Translations under genes and position numbers: made by a program
Shown: in pieces, positions 49,196 through 58,952 of the stretch
Numbering within the stretch: the stretch's first letter is position 1
How the letters are laid out: each line of letters begins with the position of its first letter
From: a virus
Taxonomy: Duplodnaviria > Caudoviricetes
DNA length: 63,853 nucleotides
Strand: one strand, 5' to 3'
Virus record (IMG/VR): IMGVR_UViG_3300036821_000178
Location: 1-63,853 of that record
The notes under the pieces: generated by a model
Told to the model about the DNA's origin: nothing
Databases searched by the model: none
Seen by the model: the letters and a program-made list of their open reading frames with translations, nothing else

Positions 49196-49597
49196 TCAGT
49201 CACCGGGGATGTCCTCGCGCAGGTGCAGGGCGAGGCGGGCGATCAGCTGCAGCCCCGGCCCGGCGGCGGTGATGACCCGGGTCAGCGCGGCCGCCTCCCC
49301 GGCGGGCAGCGCCGCACGGGCTGCCCGCGGCAGGTCCCAGGCCGGCGACGCGGCCGGCTCGCTGAGCACGGCCAGCACGGCGCCCGGCGGCCAGCGCAGG
49401 GCCGTCTCGAGGCGGGCCAGGGACGTGGCGTAGTACCGGCAGGGCTGACCGCGCTCGACCCGCACCAGCGTGGCATGCGAGGGACCGCCGGCCTGCTCGA
49501 CGTCGCGGAAGGACATCCGGAGCTCCGCCCGCCGCCGCTGCACGCACTGCGCCAGGCGCTCCGCGCTTTCCGGGGTGGTCGCCGGCGCACTGCTCAC
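49196..49597 (-). CDS. XRE-family HTH regulator
   Basis: RRAELRMSFRDVEQAGGPSHATLVRVERG. Confidence 0.7.
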   Translation of the reverse strand: MSSAPATTPESAERLAQCVQRRRAELRMSFRDVEQAGGPSHATLVRVERGQPCRYYATSLARLETALRWPPGAVLAVLSEPAASPAWDLPRAARAALPAGEAAALTRVITAAGPGLQLIARLALHLREDIPGD

Positions 49598-49800
49598 GAG
49601 GACCTCAGCAGGAGGTCCGGAGGCACCGGCAGGACGGACGCCACCTGCAGCAGGTGCGCCAGCGCCGGGACGCGGTACCCGGTCTCCCGGTGGCTCACCG
49701 ACACCTGCGAGACGCCCGCCGCAGCGGCCAGGTCGACCCAGGTCAGCCTGGCGGCCTCGCGCGCTATCCGGACGGCAGCTGCGACTGACGCCCGGCTCAC
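49594..49800 (-). CDS. XRE-family HTH regulator
   Basis: AREAARLTWVDLAAAAGVSQVSVSHRETG. Confidence 0.7.
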   Translation of the reverse strand: MSRASVAAAVRIAREAARLTWVDLAAAAGVSQVSVSHRETGYRVPALAHLLQVASVLPVPPDLLLRSS

Positions 49801-50123
49801 TCCCACCGGCCCGCCAGCGCGACGATCGCCTCGGCTGCGGCCGACATGCGCTGCAGGTCCCCGGCGGGCATGGTGACGATCCCGGACAAGGACTCGTCCT
49901 CGCCCGCGAGTACCGAGACGCGCACGCACGCGGCCCGGGCCGCGTGCAGCAGGTGGAACGCCGACATCTGCCGGCGGCCGGCCTCCCACATCGCCCAGGC
50001 GCTGCGGCTCACGCCGCACGCGGTCGCGGCGGACTCCTGCGACAGGCGCGCGGCGACGCGCGCGGCAGCCAGGCGGCGCCCGGTCTCGCGGGCGTAAGCC
50101 TGAGCAGAATTGTCACCAGACAT
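49797..50123 (-). CDS. XRE-family HTH regulator
   Basis: ARVAARLSQESAATACGVSRSAWAMWEAG. Confidence 0.75.
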   Translation of the reverse strand: MSGDNSAQAYARETGRRLAAARVAARLSQESAATACGVSRSAWAMWEAGRRQMSAFHLLHAARAACVRVSVLAGEDESLSGIVTMPAGDLQRMSAAAEAIVALAGRWE

Positions 50124-50894
50124 CGGTCTCCCGCCGGCGGCGTTGTTAAAGCTACGCTACAGAACAAAGGGACAACCGCCCGCGATTGCATTCATAGCGG
50201 AAAGACCGCGAAGGAACGCGAAGGGCAGTCCCATGCGCTGATCATGCCACGAGCTGCGGCGGGGCGCGAAAAGGATCGTGACAAGAGACGGGCACCGGGA
50301 TGGAAATAGCGCAGGAACTGGTATTTAGAGGGAAAGCGCGGGCGTGCCCGTTTACGGGGACACCCTTACCGTTTCCGGCTATACTGGAATGGTGCGTACC
50401 AATATTTCTGCAACTGCGGAAGAGGCCTGATGAGCACCCCGCCCGATGGCGCCATCAGGCTGGCCGAGAAGGCGCTGCGGGCCCGCGCTGCGCGACGACG
50501 GCGCTGCTGCCGGGGAGGCTGTCCAGGCGGTCAGCGACCAGTACGGCGGAGACGGCATAACCGGCATGCTCTGCGCCTGGAGCGACTGGCTCGAGGCAGT
50601 GCACCCCGCGGCCGCGAAAATGCGCGCCGGCGGCGCCCGGCCCGGCTGGACTAACGAGGACGCCGTCATCAGGACAGCCGGCGACATGGACCCGGCACCG
50701 CGCTGGGCGGGCCAGTTCGCCATGGCGCGCATGCGCATGGACCACGAGATGTGCTCGGCGCTCATCGCCGCGATCCCGGCCGGGAAGGTCCCGGAGTACG
50801 TCATCGCGCTGCTGGTCAGCGTCGCCGAGACCATGAAGGCGATCGGCGACGGGCGGCTGGCAGCAGCTGCGAGGCGGGCTGGCGAGGACGGCCG

Positions 50895-51194
50895 GTGACC
50901 GGGCGCCGCGAGCTCAGCCGGGACTGGACCATTGCCCCGGCCGCCATCCTCCGGGAGTGGATGAAGGAACACGACCTGGCCGCCGGGGCACTAGCGCGCC
51001 GGTACGGGCGCGGCGAGTCCGACATCGAGGCCGACCTGCCGATCGAGGACGTACTGGACAGGAAGCCGCTGGGGGAGTCGCACGCGGAGTCGCTGGAGCG
51101 CGGCACCGGCATCCCGGCGCGGTTCTGGCTGAACCTGGAGGCCGGCTACCGCCGGGATCTGGAGGCCGGGCGCAAGGACACGACGGATGACTGA
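50895..51194 (+). CDS. HigA-like HTH protein
   Basis: APAAILREWM...LERGTGIPARFWLNLEAGY. Confidence 0.7.
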   Translation: MTGRRELSRDWTIAPAAILREWMKEHDLAAGALARRYGRGESDIEADLPIEDVLDRKPLGESHAESLERGTGIPARFWLNLEAGYRRDLEAGRKDTTDD

Positions 51195-52951
51195 CGCCGG
51201 GGGGATGCGGGCAGTGCGCGGCTCGTCAGGCGCCGGCCAGGCGCTTCAGTGCCCGGTATGCCTCATGCTTGTCCGTCAGGCCGGCGAACTCCTCGCGATG
51301 GGCTGCGATCAGGTCCGCGACGGCCTGCAGTTCCGCCTCCAGGTGCCCGTCCCGGTGCCCGGAGGGCGCCGCGGGCCAGTTCGGCGAGTCGCACTCCTCC
51401 GCCATGACGGATATGGCGCTGGCAGCCCACTCACGGCAGGACCACATCCGGGTGTGGCACGCCAGGCAGACCACCCCGCCGATGATTATCTTCCACCGGG
51501 CCGCGCCTGCGCCCAGGCGCTCCTGCCGGGGGCGCGGGTCCCACTTCTCAGCCACGGCAGCGCGGATAAGGGCCTGCGCCTCAGCCAGCGTGATGCCCTG
51601 CACCCCGCGCAGGTCGCGGCCGCACAGGGCGCGCACGGGATCGCGCCAGGGCAGCACCGGGCGGATGATATGCGGCTTAGGCCCAGGCGGCATGGCTGGC
51701 TATCCGGGGAAGCAGGCCGGGCAGGTGTCCGCCTCGGCATCGGTGGCGTGGGAGTGCTCCTGCCTGCGGTTCCAGGCGGAGGCGCAGGCATCGCAGCAGA
51801 ACCAGCAGCCGTACCGGTCGGTACCGCGGTGAATGGTGCCGTGGCAGAAGTCGCACCTCCCGGTCTCGTGACCGGGCTCGGCGCTGGCCGGGCCCGCGGT
51901 CGCCAGCTTCGCGAACTCGGTGCGGATCTCGTCCTCAGCGGTCATGAGTCAGTCCTCCTCGGGCTTGTAGTAGGTGCTTTCCTCGACCAGGACGTAGACC
52001 GTATGCCTGGTGTCCCTCACGTGAGCGCGGACCTCGGCACGAGTCGGCTCGACGGGCAGAACCCCGTTGCAGCCCTCGCACTCGGCCATCGGCTGGCCGC
52101 GCGCACGGAAGATCGCGATCCCAGAGGTCACGGGTCAGCCCTCCCGCTTCAGCAGCTTCTCGGCGTCGTCCAGGTACTCTCCGGCCACGCCGAGCTCGCG
52201 GTAGCCAAGGTGCTCCACGGCCGCCAGGAGGCACCTGGCCGCCTGCGTGCTCAGCTTCAGGTTCCGGCTGATGGCCTTGACGTCCGCCGGGTTCGACGGC
52301 AGCAGCGACGACATCTCGCTGAGGCAGCCGTAAACGCGGGCCATGACCGCGCGCTCCCTGGCGTTCACCGGGAGTCCTCCGGCGGCTCGTGGATCTCGGC
52401 AGCGCGGGCCCGGCGCTCGGCCTCAGCCGCCAGGCGCGCCCCGGGCAGGAAGCGGATCATGGCGCGGGTCATGGCCTCATAGTGCCCGCAGGGCCAGGTG
52501 CCGCCCTCGGTGAGGCAGCCCGTGCGGTTCCTCGTGATCTGCACTGGCCTGTGGTAGGCGAGCGCCGCGTCTACTACGGCCAGGAGCAGGGGAACGTCGG
52601 CGGCCGACTCCATCAGGGCCTGAACGGCAGGATGGGAGACGGGAAGGCCGCCAGGGTGGGGGAGCGGCCGGTCACTGCGCTCGCGGATGGCGGCCAGCCC
52701 GGCCGCCAGGAGATCCTCAGGCATGGCCGGTTTCCTCGACCTCGTCTTTCACCTCGCGGGGCCCGGGCATGTCGCCCGAGGTCTCCCATTCGTAGTTCTG
52801 GACGTCAGCCCCGACCATGAAGACAGCCTGATCCGGGGTGCTCCAGCCGTTTGAGGAGCCGAAGCCGATCTCAGTGAAGTCGTCCTCGCCGTCGCGGCGA
52901 CGCTGGACGGAGTAGTCAATGCGGTAGAGGGTCTCGCTCACTGCGTGCTCC

Positions 52952-52983
52952 TTCAGGTATACCGTTACCCTTTCAGGTATACC
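52952..52983. promoter_or_regulatory. Direct repeat operator-like pair in a divergent intergenic region
   Basis: TTCAGGTATACC at 52952-52963 and 52972-52983. Confidence 0.5.
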
Positions 52984-53012
52984 ACAAAGGCAGCATCCGT
53001 ATACTCAAACTT

Positions 53013-53390
53013 ATGGGACGGCAGGCTAAGCCAGACGGCAGGCGCGTCACGCTGTCCTTCAAGGCCAGCGAGGACCTCGCGGCGGCCGTCGGCGCTCAGA
53101 TCGGACCGGGAGAGAGCCGCTCAGCATGGCTGCTGGACGCTGTCATGAGCAAGCTGGAGCGCGGTAGCGGCGGGACTCGCAGTCTGGGGTGCCCCGGCAG
53201 TGCCGGGGGCTGCCAGCGTGCCCGTGAAGCCGCGCGGGAGAGCAGGTCACCAGGGCCGCCGGGGGCATGCCTGCAGTACAAAGAGGGGCATGAGCGAGAG
53301 CCCTGTAGTACAGCTCCGCGTCCCGGCGGATACCCTGGGCCCGCATCGACGACGTCCGCGGCGGCCTGGCGCGATCAGCGTGGTTCCTGA
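53013..53390 (+). CDS. Ribbon-helix-helix-like regulator
   Basis: RVTLSFKASEDLAAAV...ESRSAWLLDAV; TATACT 7 nt before ATG. Confidence 0.5.
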   Translation: MGRQAKPDGRRVTLSFKASEDLAAAVGAQIGPGESRSAWLLDAVMSKLERGSGGTRSLGCPGSAGGCQRAREAARESRSPGPPGACLQYKEGHEREPCSTAPRPGGYPGPASTTSAAAWRDQRGS

Positions 53391-53570
53391 CCCTGGCGGA
53401 CGCCCGGCTCAGCGGGAAGCCCTGTACTACAGCAGGGGCGCGTACTACAGCTCCGGCCCCGTCCCTGGCCAGCGGGACGCCCAGTCTGGGGCACGGCCTG
53501 CATGGCCCCCCGGCCGCGCGGCGAAGGACGCGCGAAAGCGGCCAGGGGTGCCTGACGGCCAGCCTCAGCC

Positions 53571-53942
53571 TCACCTGGAGCCGGGGACGGGGCGCAGGCC
53601 GGAGCAGGGCCGGGTGCGCTCGCGCATGGCGGCAACCATGGCCGCGCGCAGCCTGCGGGCCCGGTCGCTGAGCGCCTCGATGAGACGGCGGCGGCCGCGG
53701 CGTCGTCGTCGCAGTTCCAGCCAGAGCCATGCCATGAAGACCGCGATCAGGGCATCAAACGCAGCGCCGGGCCAGAAACACTCTGCGGCAAAGCCTGCCG
53801 AGCCGGCGATCCAGGCCAGGGACATGAGGCCGCAGTAGAACTCGACGGCGCGCTCCAGCCGGCGCGTGAGGCCCAGGAAGCTGCAGGCTATCGCGGCGAC
53901 CGCGAGCAGCGCCTGCAGCGCAAGAAACGCGAGATGGGTCAT
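53571..53942 (-). CDS. Membrane protein
   Basis: Three hydrophobic segments plus Arg-rich tail. Confidence 0.55.
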   Translation of the reverse strand: MTHLAFLALQALLAVAAIACSFLGLTRRLERAVEFYCGLMSLAWIAGSAGFAAECFWPGAAFDALIAVFMAWLWLELRRRRRGRRRLIEALSDRARRLRAAMVAAMRERTRPCSGLRPVPGSR

Positions 53943-54328
53943 GACCGGGCCCCCTGCGGGGCCGGGTGCAGGACAGGCCCGGGCCGGGGCCCGGGTGACG
54001 TCTCGCGCATGACGCGGACCAGGGCGACCCGGGCGGCGCGGCCGCGCTCGCTGAGCAGGGCGCGGACGCGGCGGCGCGAGGGACTGCGGGGCATCTTGCG
54101 CCACACGATGATGAAGGCGGCGGCGTAGACGGCGGCCATCGTCCACTGGGTCAGGATCACCGACAGGAGAAGGCCCGCGGCGAAGGACGCCAGGGCAGCG
54201 GCGTAGGCGCGCAGGACCCGCGTCAGCATGCGGGGCGAGGGAGGATGCAGCAGGGCCGGGAAGACGAGGGCCCAGGAGACGGCGGCGCCTGCCAGCAGCG
54301 GCAGGAGGCAGATGACCGGGGGGCTCAT
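53939..54328 (-). CDS. Membrane protein, similar architecture to 53571-53942
   Basis: Three hydrophobic segments plus Arg-rich tail; TAAACT 7 nt before ATG. Confidence 0.55.
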   Translation of the reverse strand: MSPPVICLLPLLAGAAVSWALVFPALLHPPSPRMLTRVLRAYAAALASFAAGLLLSVILTQWTMAAVYAAAFIIVWRKMPRSPSRRRVRALLSERGRAARVALVRVMRETSPGPRPGPVLHPAPQGARS

Positions 54329-54528
54329 GAGGGTGAGTTTAACCGCGGGCGCGAAGGAGGGAGGGCTTCGGGCGCGGGAAATGCTGCGTGAAAACTGGGA
54401 GGGGGTCGCTCAGGGTGATTCAGGCCGCTCGTGGCGCGCGCGAAAGTGGCGGGGTGCGCGCCCCGCACGCGCGCCGCGCGCGCACCCAGGTCGCACCTGG
54501 CCAGCGAGCTGGCGGTGCGTCTGGGCGT

Positions 54529-54567
54529 GCCTGACTACCGGTAACTCCCGATTACCGGTAGTCAGGC
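54529..54567. repeat. Perfect 16-bp inverted repeat
   Basis: GCCTGACTACCGGTAA-CTCCCGA-TTACCGGTAGTCAGGC. Confidence 0.8.
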
Positions 54568-55020
54568 CGGGCCCGCGCACAGGCCTGAGAGCAACGCTGC
54601 GGGCCCGTGCGTGCGGGCCCGCACGCGACCACCTGAACCGGTCCGTTCGGCGGCCAGCCGTGCTCACGCGCGCGTGCGCGGGGACATGGGGGAGATCTGG
54701 ACGCGCGTGCGCACCCGTCCCCGCATCCCCCCTCACCCCTGATTATTGTCACTCGATGACGATATCCCCTACCTCTCCTGACCAGCCGTAACCGTTTGCC
54801 CTGAACAATCTTGGTTCTACGTCTTGCACAGACGTCCGAACGCACGCTATCTTGGTGTCTGTCGGCAAGGGCGAGAGCCCGGAACCCCCGCCCTTCCCCC
54901 CTACAGGGGAAGGGTCACCGATGGGGCTAACTTCACAACAAGCGCGCTGAGGAGAGATCCCCTGCACTGTCACTACCTCGCAAGAGGCAAGCCAACTGGG
55001 GATGCCCGCAGAGAGGCCCG

Positions 55021-55371
55021 GGGATAGCATCGCCGGCGCAGAGACCATGCGGACTGAAGCGCGGACCCTTCCCCCTACGGGGACAGTGAATATGACCGGG
55101 GCGAACAGGCCCCGGATGCACTAGCGGGTAACTAATCTCCACACGCCTGGTGTGGCACTGCCGGACAATCTTCCGTGTACTCGGACAGTCGGCAAGCCCG
55201 GGGCTGAAGCCAGATCCGCTAGCGCATGGTCCGAGCACTACAGTCCGGCAACGGGCTAGGTTCTCGCGCGTTTGCTCCGCGAGACTCCGGCGTCACAGCA
55301 TGCGGACCGCATATCTCTCTCTCACTCTCACAAGAGTGAGGTACGGGGCTATCCCTTGCGGATGGCCCCGT
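55021..55371 (+). ncRNA. Candidate structured leader/ncRNA upstream of the array
   Basis: Nested complementary segments and several local hairpins; no convincing ORF. Confidence 0.35.
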
Positions 55372-55425
55372 GTCTCGCCCGGAGCGCACGTGCATGCCGC
55401 ACGCGCGCTGAGAGGAGAGACCCGG

Positions 55426-55719
55426 ATGCTTCCCTACATTGAGCGCGGCGAGGCTGGCATGGTCATTCTCGCCGAGGACGACAGCACGGGCACCTACTAC
55501 TGGTCAGAGCCCGTGAGCAGGCTTGACACGCACGCACCCGCGGGCGTGTCTCACGTGGTGCTGGCAGACGGCGGTGTCCTTGCCGGCTGGATAGCCGACA
55601 TGACACCTGTCCGCCCGGGCACGACCGCGCGCGCACTCAGCGCTGACGGTGCCGCTCTGCCTAGCCGGCACGGGGACTTTGAAGGTGCCATGACGGCTGT
55701 TATCGACAACCATTCCTGA
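55426..55719 (+). CDS. Array ORF 1, hypothetical
   Basis: GAGAGGAGAGA RBS then ATG. Confidence 0.7.
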   Translation: MLPYIERGEAGMVILAEDDSTGTYYWSEPVSRLDTHAPAGVSHVVLADGGVLAGWIADMTPVRPGTTARALSADGAALPSRHGDFEGAMTAVIDNHS

Positions 55720-55720
55720 T

Positions 55721-55780
55721 CCTGACCTGTTGCGGGGGAGATGTGCCTGACCGGGCGCGTCTCCCCCGTTGCATGCCAGG
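55721..55780 (+). repeat. Array hairpin R1 (class A variant, CCTG...CAGG ends)
   Basis: CCTGACCTGTTGC-[stem]-GTTGCATGCCAGG. Confidence 0.75.
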
Positions 55781-55808
55781 CAGCATGCACGCGAGAGGAG
55801 AGATCACG

Positions 55809-56033
55809 ATGGCCATCTTCCGCCCGGTTATCGCGGACAACGACACGCCGGCAGACATGACTGAGGACGCGGCGCAGATGTACGCGCGCTCACTTGCCCG
55901 TGCGCACAGGCAGGCAATGTCCGTACTTCAGCGCGGCGGGGACTACCTGATCCTTGCCGCGTCGTCGTTCACCGCCGGCGAGGCGCGGTACGCCGCTGAC
56001 GGCTGGCACCTGATCGGCACGCAGCAGGCCTAG
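55809..56033 (+). CDS. Array ORF 2, hypothetical
   Basis: Array RBS; TAG stop inside R2. Confidence 0.7.
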   Translation: MAIFRPVIADNDTPADMTEDAAQMYARSLARAHRQAMSVLQRGGDYLILAASSFTAGEARYAADGWHLIGTQQA

Positions 56034-56082
56034 ACACTGCCTGTGCTGCCCGGCACCGCCGGGCAGTGCGGAGTGTGCCTAG
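56030..56082 (+). repeat. Array hairpin R2 (class B)
   Basis: CTAGACACTGCCTGTG-[stem]-TGCGGAGTGTGCCTAG. Confidence 0.85.
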
Positions 56083-56112
56083 ACGGGTGCACGAGAGAGG
56101 AGAGAAACCCCG

Positions 56113-56433
56113 ATGGAATTGCATGGCACCTACACGGGCCCCAGCTACGGCACGATGGATTACCGCGACGGACTGGAGAGTTTCACCTCGCTCCGGCAGG
56201 CACAGGAACGTTTCTCCGAGCGCCTTCACACCTCCGGGGCGTGGCCGCTGGATGTCACTCGCGTGACGTTCAGCGATGACGGCTCCGCATGGACCGAAGA
56301 AGCGGAGTTCGTCTGCTTCCCCGCGACCACCTATGAGGATGTGCTGACGCTGTACGTTCCCGGTAATTACGACAACATCGCCTGGCAGATCACGGCCGGA
56401 CCGCACGGCGGGGTCAGGACAGAGCGAGGCTGA
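56113..56433 (+). CDS. Array ORF 3, hypothetical
   Basis: Array RBS. Confidence 0.7.
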   Translation: MELHGTYTGPSYGTMDYRDGLESFTSLRQAQERFSERLHTSGAWPLDVTRVTFSDDGSAWTEEAEFVCFPATTYEDVLTLYVPGNYDNIAWQITAGPHGGVRTERG

Positions 56434-56444
56434 GTGAACCGCAC

Positions 56445-56498
56445 CCAGCGCGTTGCGGGCGGCACGGGATCACTTCCGTGCCGCCCGCTGCCCGCTAG
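56445..56498 (+). repeat. Array hairpin R3 (class A)
   Basis: CCAGCGCGTTGC-[stem]-GCTGCCCGCTAG. Confidence 0.85.
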
Positions 56499-56519
56499 GG
56501 CAAGCGAGAGGAGAGAACG

Positions 56520-56744
56520 ATGGACGGTGTTATCACGCTGGTCAACGGTCACGGGACGTTCACTGCTCCCGCGATCACTGTTCAGCAGCGCCTTAACTGG
56601 TACGCAGGGTTCGGCGATGATGCCCCGCAGCGCGCACGGGCCGATTTTGCGCGCCGGCTGGGAGCGCCGGCGTTCGCCTACTGGGATGTGCCCGACACGC
56701 TTTCACTGTCGGTCATGCTCGTGCACGCGGAGCAGCATTCCTAG
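56520..56744 (+). CDS. Array ORF 4, hypothetical
   Basis: Array RBS; stop inside R4. Confidence 0.7.
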   Translation: MDGVITLVNGHGTFTAPAITVQQRLNWYAGFGDDAPQRARADFARRLGAPAFAYWDVPDTLSLSVMLVHAEQHS

Positions 56745-56793
56745 CGCGTTGCGGGGTGCACGAGACTGGCTCGTGCACCCCGTTGCCCGCTAG
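56741..56793 (+). repeat. Array hairpin R4 (class A)
   Basis: CTAGCGCGTTGC-[stem]-GTTGCCCGCTAG. Confidence 0.9.
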
Positions 56794-56852
56794 GGCAGTA
56801 AGGAACGGCCGCACGGGCGGCAGCTTGATCGCTTGGCATGAGAGGAGAGACA

Positions 56853-57149
56853 GTGAAGGTCAGGACGAACAACACCCCGCGCGACGTCATAGACGGAAGT
56901 CAGCTCACGCCGGCGGAGCGTGCGAAGTTTGACTATCTGGACTGGCCGGCTATCGAGGCCGGGACTGACAGCGCCTTGTTCTTCCGCTATCGCGGGACCG
57001 TGCATGACATGAGTGAGTTCATGCGCACGACAGGCGAGCTCGCAGACGCCGGCTGGCAGGGGTACAGCAGTGACTCCTACTCCTCCGCCACCGTCATCCG
57101 CATTACCGACGATGGCGAAGGAGTAGTTGTCGGCTATGCCACAACCTAG
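56853..57149 (+). CDS. Array ORF 5, hypothetical
   Basis: Array RBS, GTG start; stop inside R5. Confidence 0.7.
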   Translation: MKVRTNNTPRDVIDGSQLTPAERAKFDYLDWPAIEAGTDSALFFRYRGTVHDMSEFMRTTGELADAGWQGYSSDSYSSATVIRITDDGEGVVVGYATT

Positions 57150-57200
57150 CGCGTTGCGTGCGACCTGGGCGACATGTCCGGACCGCGCGCTGCCCGCTAG
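57146..57200 (+). repeat. Array hairpin R5 (class A)
   Basis: Class A arms. Confidence 0.9.
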
Positions 57201-57229
57201 GGCAGAGGTACCCGAGAGGAGAGATCACG

Positions 57230-57451
57230 ATGGACCCTGACGTTGCCCTGTCTAATGCTCGCGACGCCCTGACCCGCTACCGGTTCGCTCAGGATGCGCA
57301 GGAACGGGAAGAAGACCAGACGTCGCCGGCGTCCGATCAGCACCGGGTTAACGCCGAGGATGCGGCTTCCGATCTGGCCGGCGCATTCGAGGCGCTTGAC
57401 GGATGGATGTCCGGGCGGGGATTCGCGCCGGCCGCATGGCCGCGCCCGTAA
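57230..57451 (+). CDS. Array ORF 6, hypothetical
   Basis: Array RBS; MDPD...FEALDGWMSGRGFAPAAW. Confidence 0.7.
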   Translation: MDPDVALSNARDALTRYRFAQDAQEREEDQTSPASDQHRVNAEDAASDLAGAFEALDGWMSGRGFAPAAWPRP

Positions 57452-57455
57452 GTTC

Positions 57456-57505
57456 CTAGCGCGTTGCATGGCTACCGGCCAGCCGGTAACCGTGTTGCCC
57501 GCTAG
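57456..57505 (+). repeat. Array hairpin R6 (class A)
   Basis: Class A arms. Confidence 0.9.
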
Positions 57506-57528
57506 GGCAAACGAGAGGAGAGAACACG

Positions 57529-57843
57529 ATGGCACGAATCGTCGGCACATCCTTTGCTATCGTCGCGCTGGTCATTGCCGGCGCGTTCGCGTGGGCGGCG
57601 CTGACCGGCAGTCCGCCGGCCGTCTCCCGGGTGCCCGGGGGCATCGGGGCCGGGTGCATCGGCACGGGCTACTACCCCTCGCCCGTGCCGTGCACGGCCA
57701 GCCGGCTGCACTCGCTCATGGGGGCAATCGTGCACGGCCAGACCATCACGATTGACGGCCGGACCTACCGCGCAGCTCACTGCCAGCGCGAACGGGGACA
57801 TGCTCCCGGCCAGCGCTCGCACTGGCAGGTGATGTGCGGCTAG
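57529..57843 (+). CDS. Array ORF 7, putative membrane/secreted protein
   Basis: Array RBS; N-terminal hydrophobic segment, four Cys. Confidence 0.7.
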   Translation: MARIVGTSFAIVALVIAGAFAWAALTGSPPAVSRVPGGIGAGCIGTGYYPSPVPCTASRLHSLMGAIVHGQTITIDGRTYRAAHCQRERGHAPGQRSHWQVMCG

Positions 57844-57850
57844 ACCGCAG

Positions 57851-57918
57851 CTGGACACTGCCCGTGATCCCCAGGGAGCTCACTGTAGCTGGCCCCGGGG
57901 GTCGCGGAGTGTGCCCAG
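57851..57918 (+). repeat. Array hairpin R7 (class B, CTGG...CCAG ends)
   Basis: CTGGACACTGCCCGTG-[stem]-CGCGGAGTGTGCCCAG. Confidence 0.85.
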
Positions 57919-57946
57919 ACAGGCACGCGAGAGGAGAGAAGCAAAC

Positions 57947-58285
57947 ATGACCGATGCTCACTGGCACGCTTACAGCAATGTGGCGGGCTATCTGTCAGAG
58001 CAGGATGAGATTCCCGCGATGGACTGGGAAGACGCGCGCGGTTCGCTCGACCACGACATAGAGCGTGAGCGCGATTCGCTGGATTACGCCCCGGAAACAG
58101 ATTCCGATGAAGACGACCGGACTCAGGCGCTCTATAACTCGCTTACAGACGCGCTGACCGCCGTACGGAATGCGACCCCCGGTCAGGACTTCCTGGCCTA
58201 CACCGACGATGGCACGTCGCACACCATACCGACCGCGTGGCAGATCGTCTCGTGCACGGAAACCGACTGCCAGCCGGCAGAGTGA
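57947..58285 (+). CDS. Array ORF 8, acidic hypothetical
   Basis: Array RBS. Confidence 0.7.
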   Translation: MTDAHWHAYSNVAGYLSEQDEIPAMDWEDARGSLDHDIERERDSLDYAPETDSDEDDRTQALYNSLTDALTAVRNATPGQDFLAYTDDGTSHTIPTAWQIVSCTETDCQPAE

Positions 58286-58288
58286 GCG

Positions 58289-58339
58289 CTAGCGCGTTGC
58301 ATGACTCCCGGTCCCCCCGGGAGCCGTGCTGCCCGCTAG
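58289..58339 (+). repeat. Array hairpin R8 (class A)
   Basis: Class A arms. Confidence 0.9.
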
Positions 58340-58362
58340 GGCAGGCGAGAGGAGAGAAAACT

Positions 58363-58716
58363 ATGCAGTGCAAGCACGGCGATGGCGCGATTCACGACGA
58401 CGGCCATCGCCATGACGGTGCAAGCCCGTGCTACGTGCACTCCGCTACCGGAATGCACGTCTGCCACACGGAAGACGGCTACCTCAGCACTAATGCGGAA
58501 CCGCTGACCACTGAGGAGCAGGTCACCCGGGCGCGCCGGCTAGGCGCGGTTCACTACGGGGCCGGCGTCCATCTGGACATGCAAGACGAAGACTCCGCGC
58601 AGCTCATGGACGCGCTGAACGAAACCGGCCCGACCACTGAGGACAACCATCCGGCGCGCTACCGGATGTGCGAGGCATACGAGGATGGCCGGCAGGCAGC
58701 TGCCGGCGGGGCATGA
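58363..58716 (+). CDS. Array ORF 9, Cys/His-rich hypothetical
   Basis: Array RBS. Confidence 0.7.
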   Translation: MQCKHGDGAIHDDGHRHDGASPCYVHSATGMHVCHTEDGYLSTNAEPLTTEEQVTRARRLGAVHYGAGVHLDMQDEDSAQLMDALNETGPTTEDNHPARYRMCEAYEDGRQAAAGGA

Positions 58717-58730
58717 CTGACCCCCCTTGA

Positions 58731-58780
58731 CCTGACCTGTTGCGGGCGGCACGGGATTTACCCCCCGTGCCGCGCGCCGC
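58731..58780 (+). repeat. Array hairpin R9 (class A variant, right arm lost)
   Basis: CCTGACCTGTTGC left arm identical to R1; inner stem like R3; no right arm or RBS. Confidence 0.65.
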
Positions 58781-58952
58781 GCCGCGCGCTGGCCGCATGG
58801 TCACCAGCGCCGCCTGGCGCGGCGGGCACGGGCGCCACCGCGGGCACCGTAAGGCGCGGTAAGTTGCACGGCCCCGGGTGGCACCTGCATAACCTGATCG
58901 CCGCTCTTGTCCTTAGCTGGGCAGAGCGCGCACTGCGGAGGAGGTACCAGCA

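Noticed and set aside
55021-55260. Group I intron-like P/Q/S look-alikes in the leader
   Set aside because: No R element in the right order, no P7 pairing and no interrupted gene.
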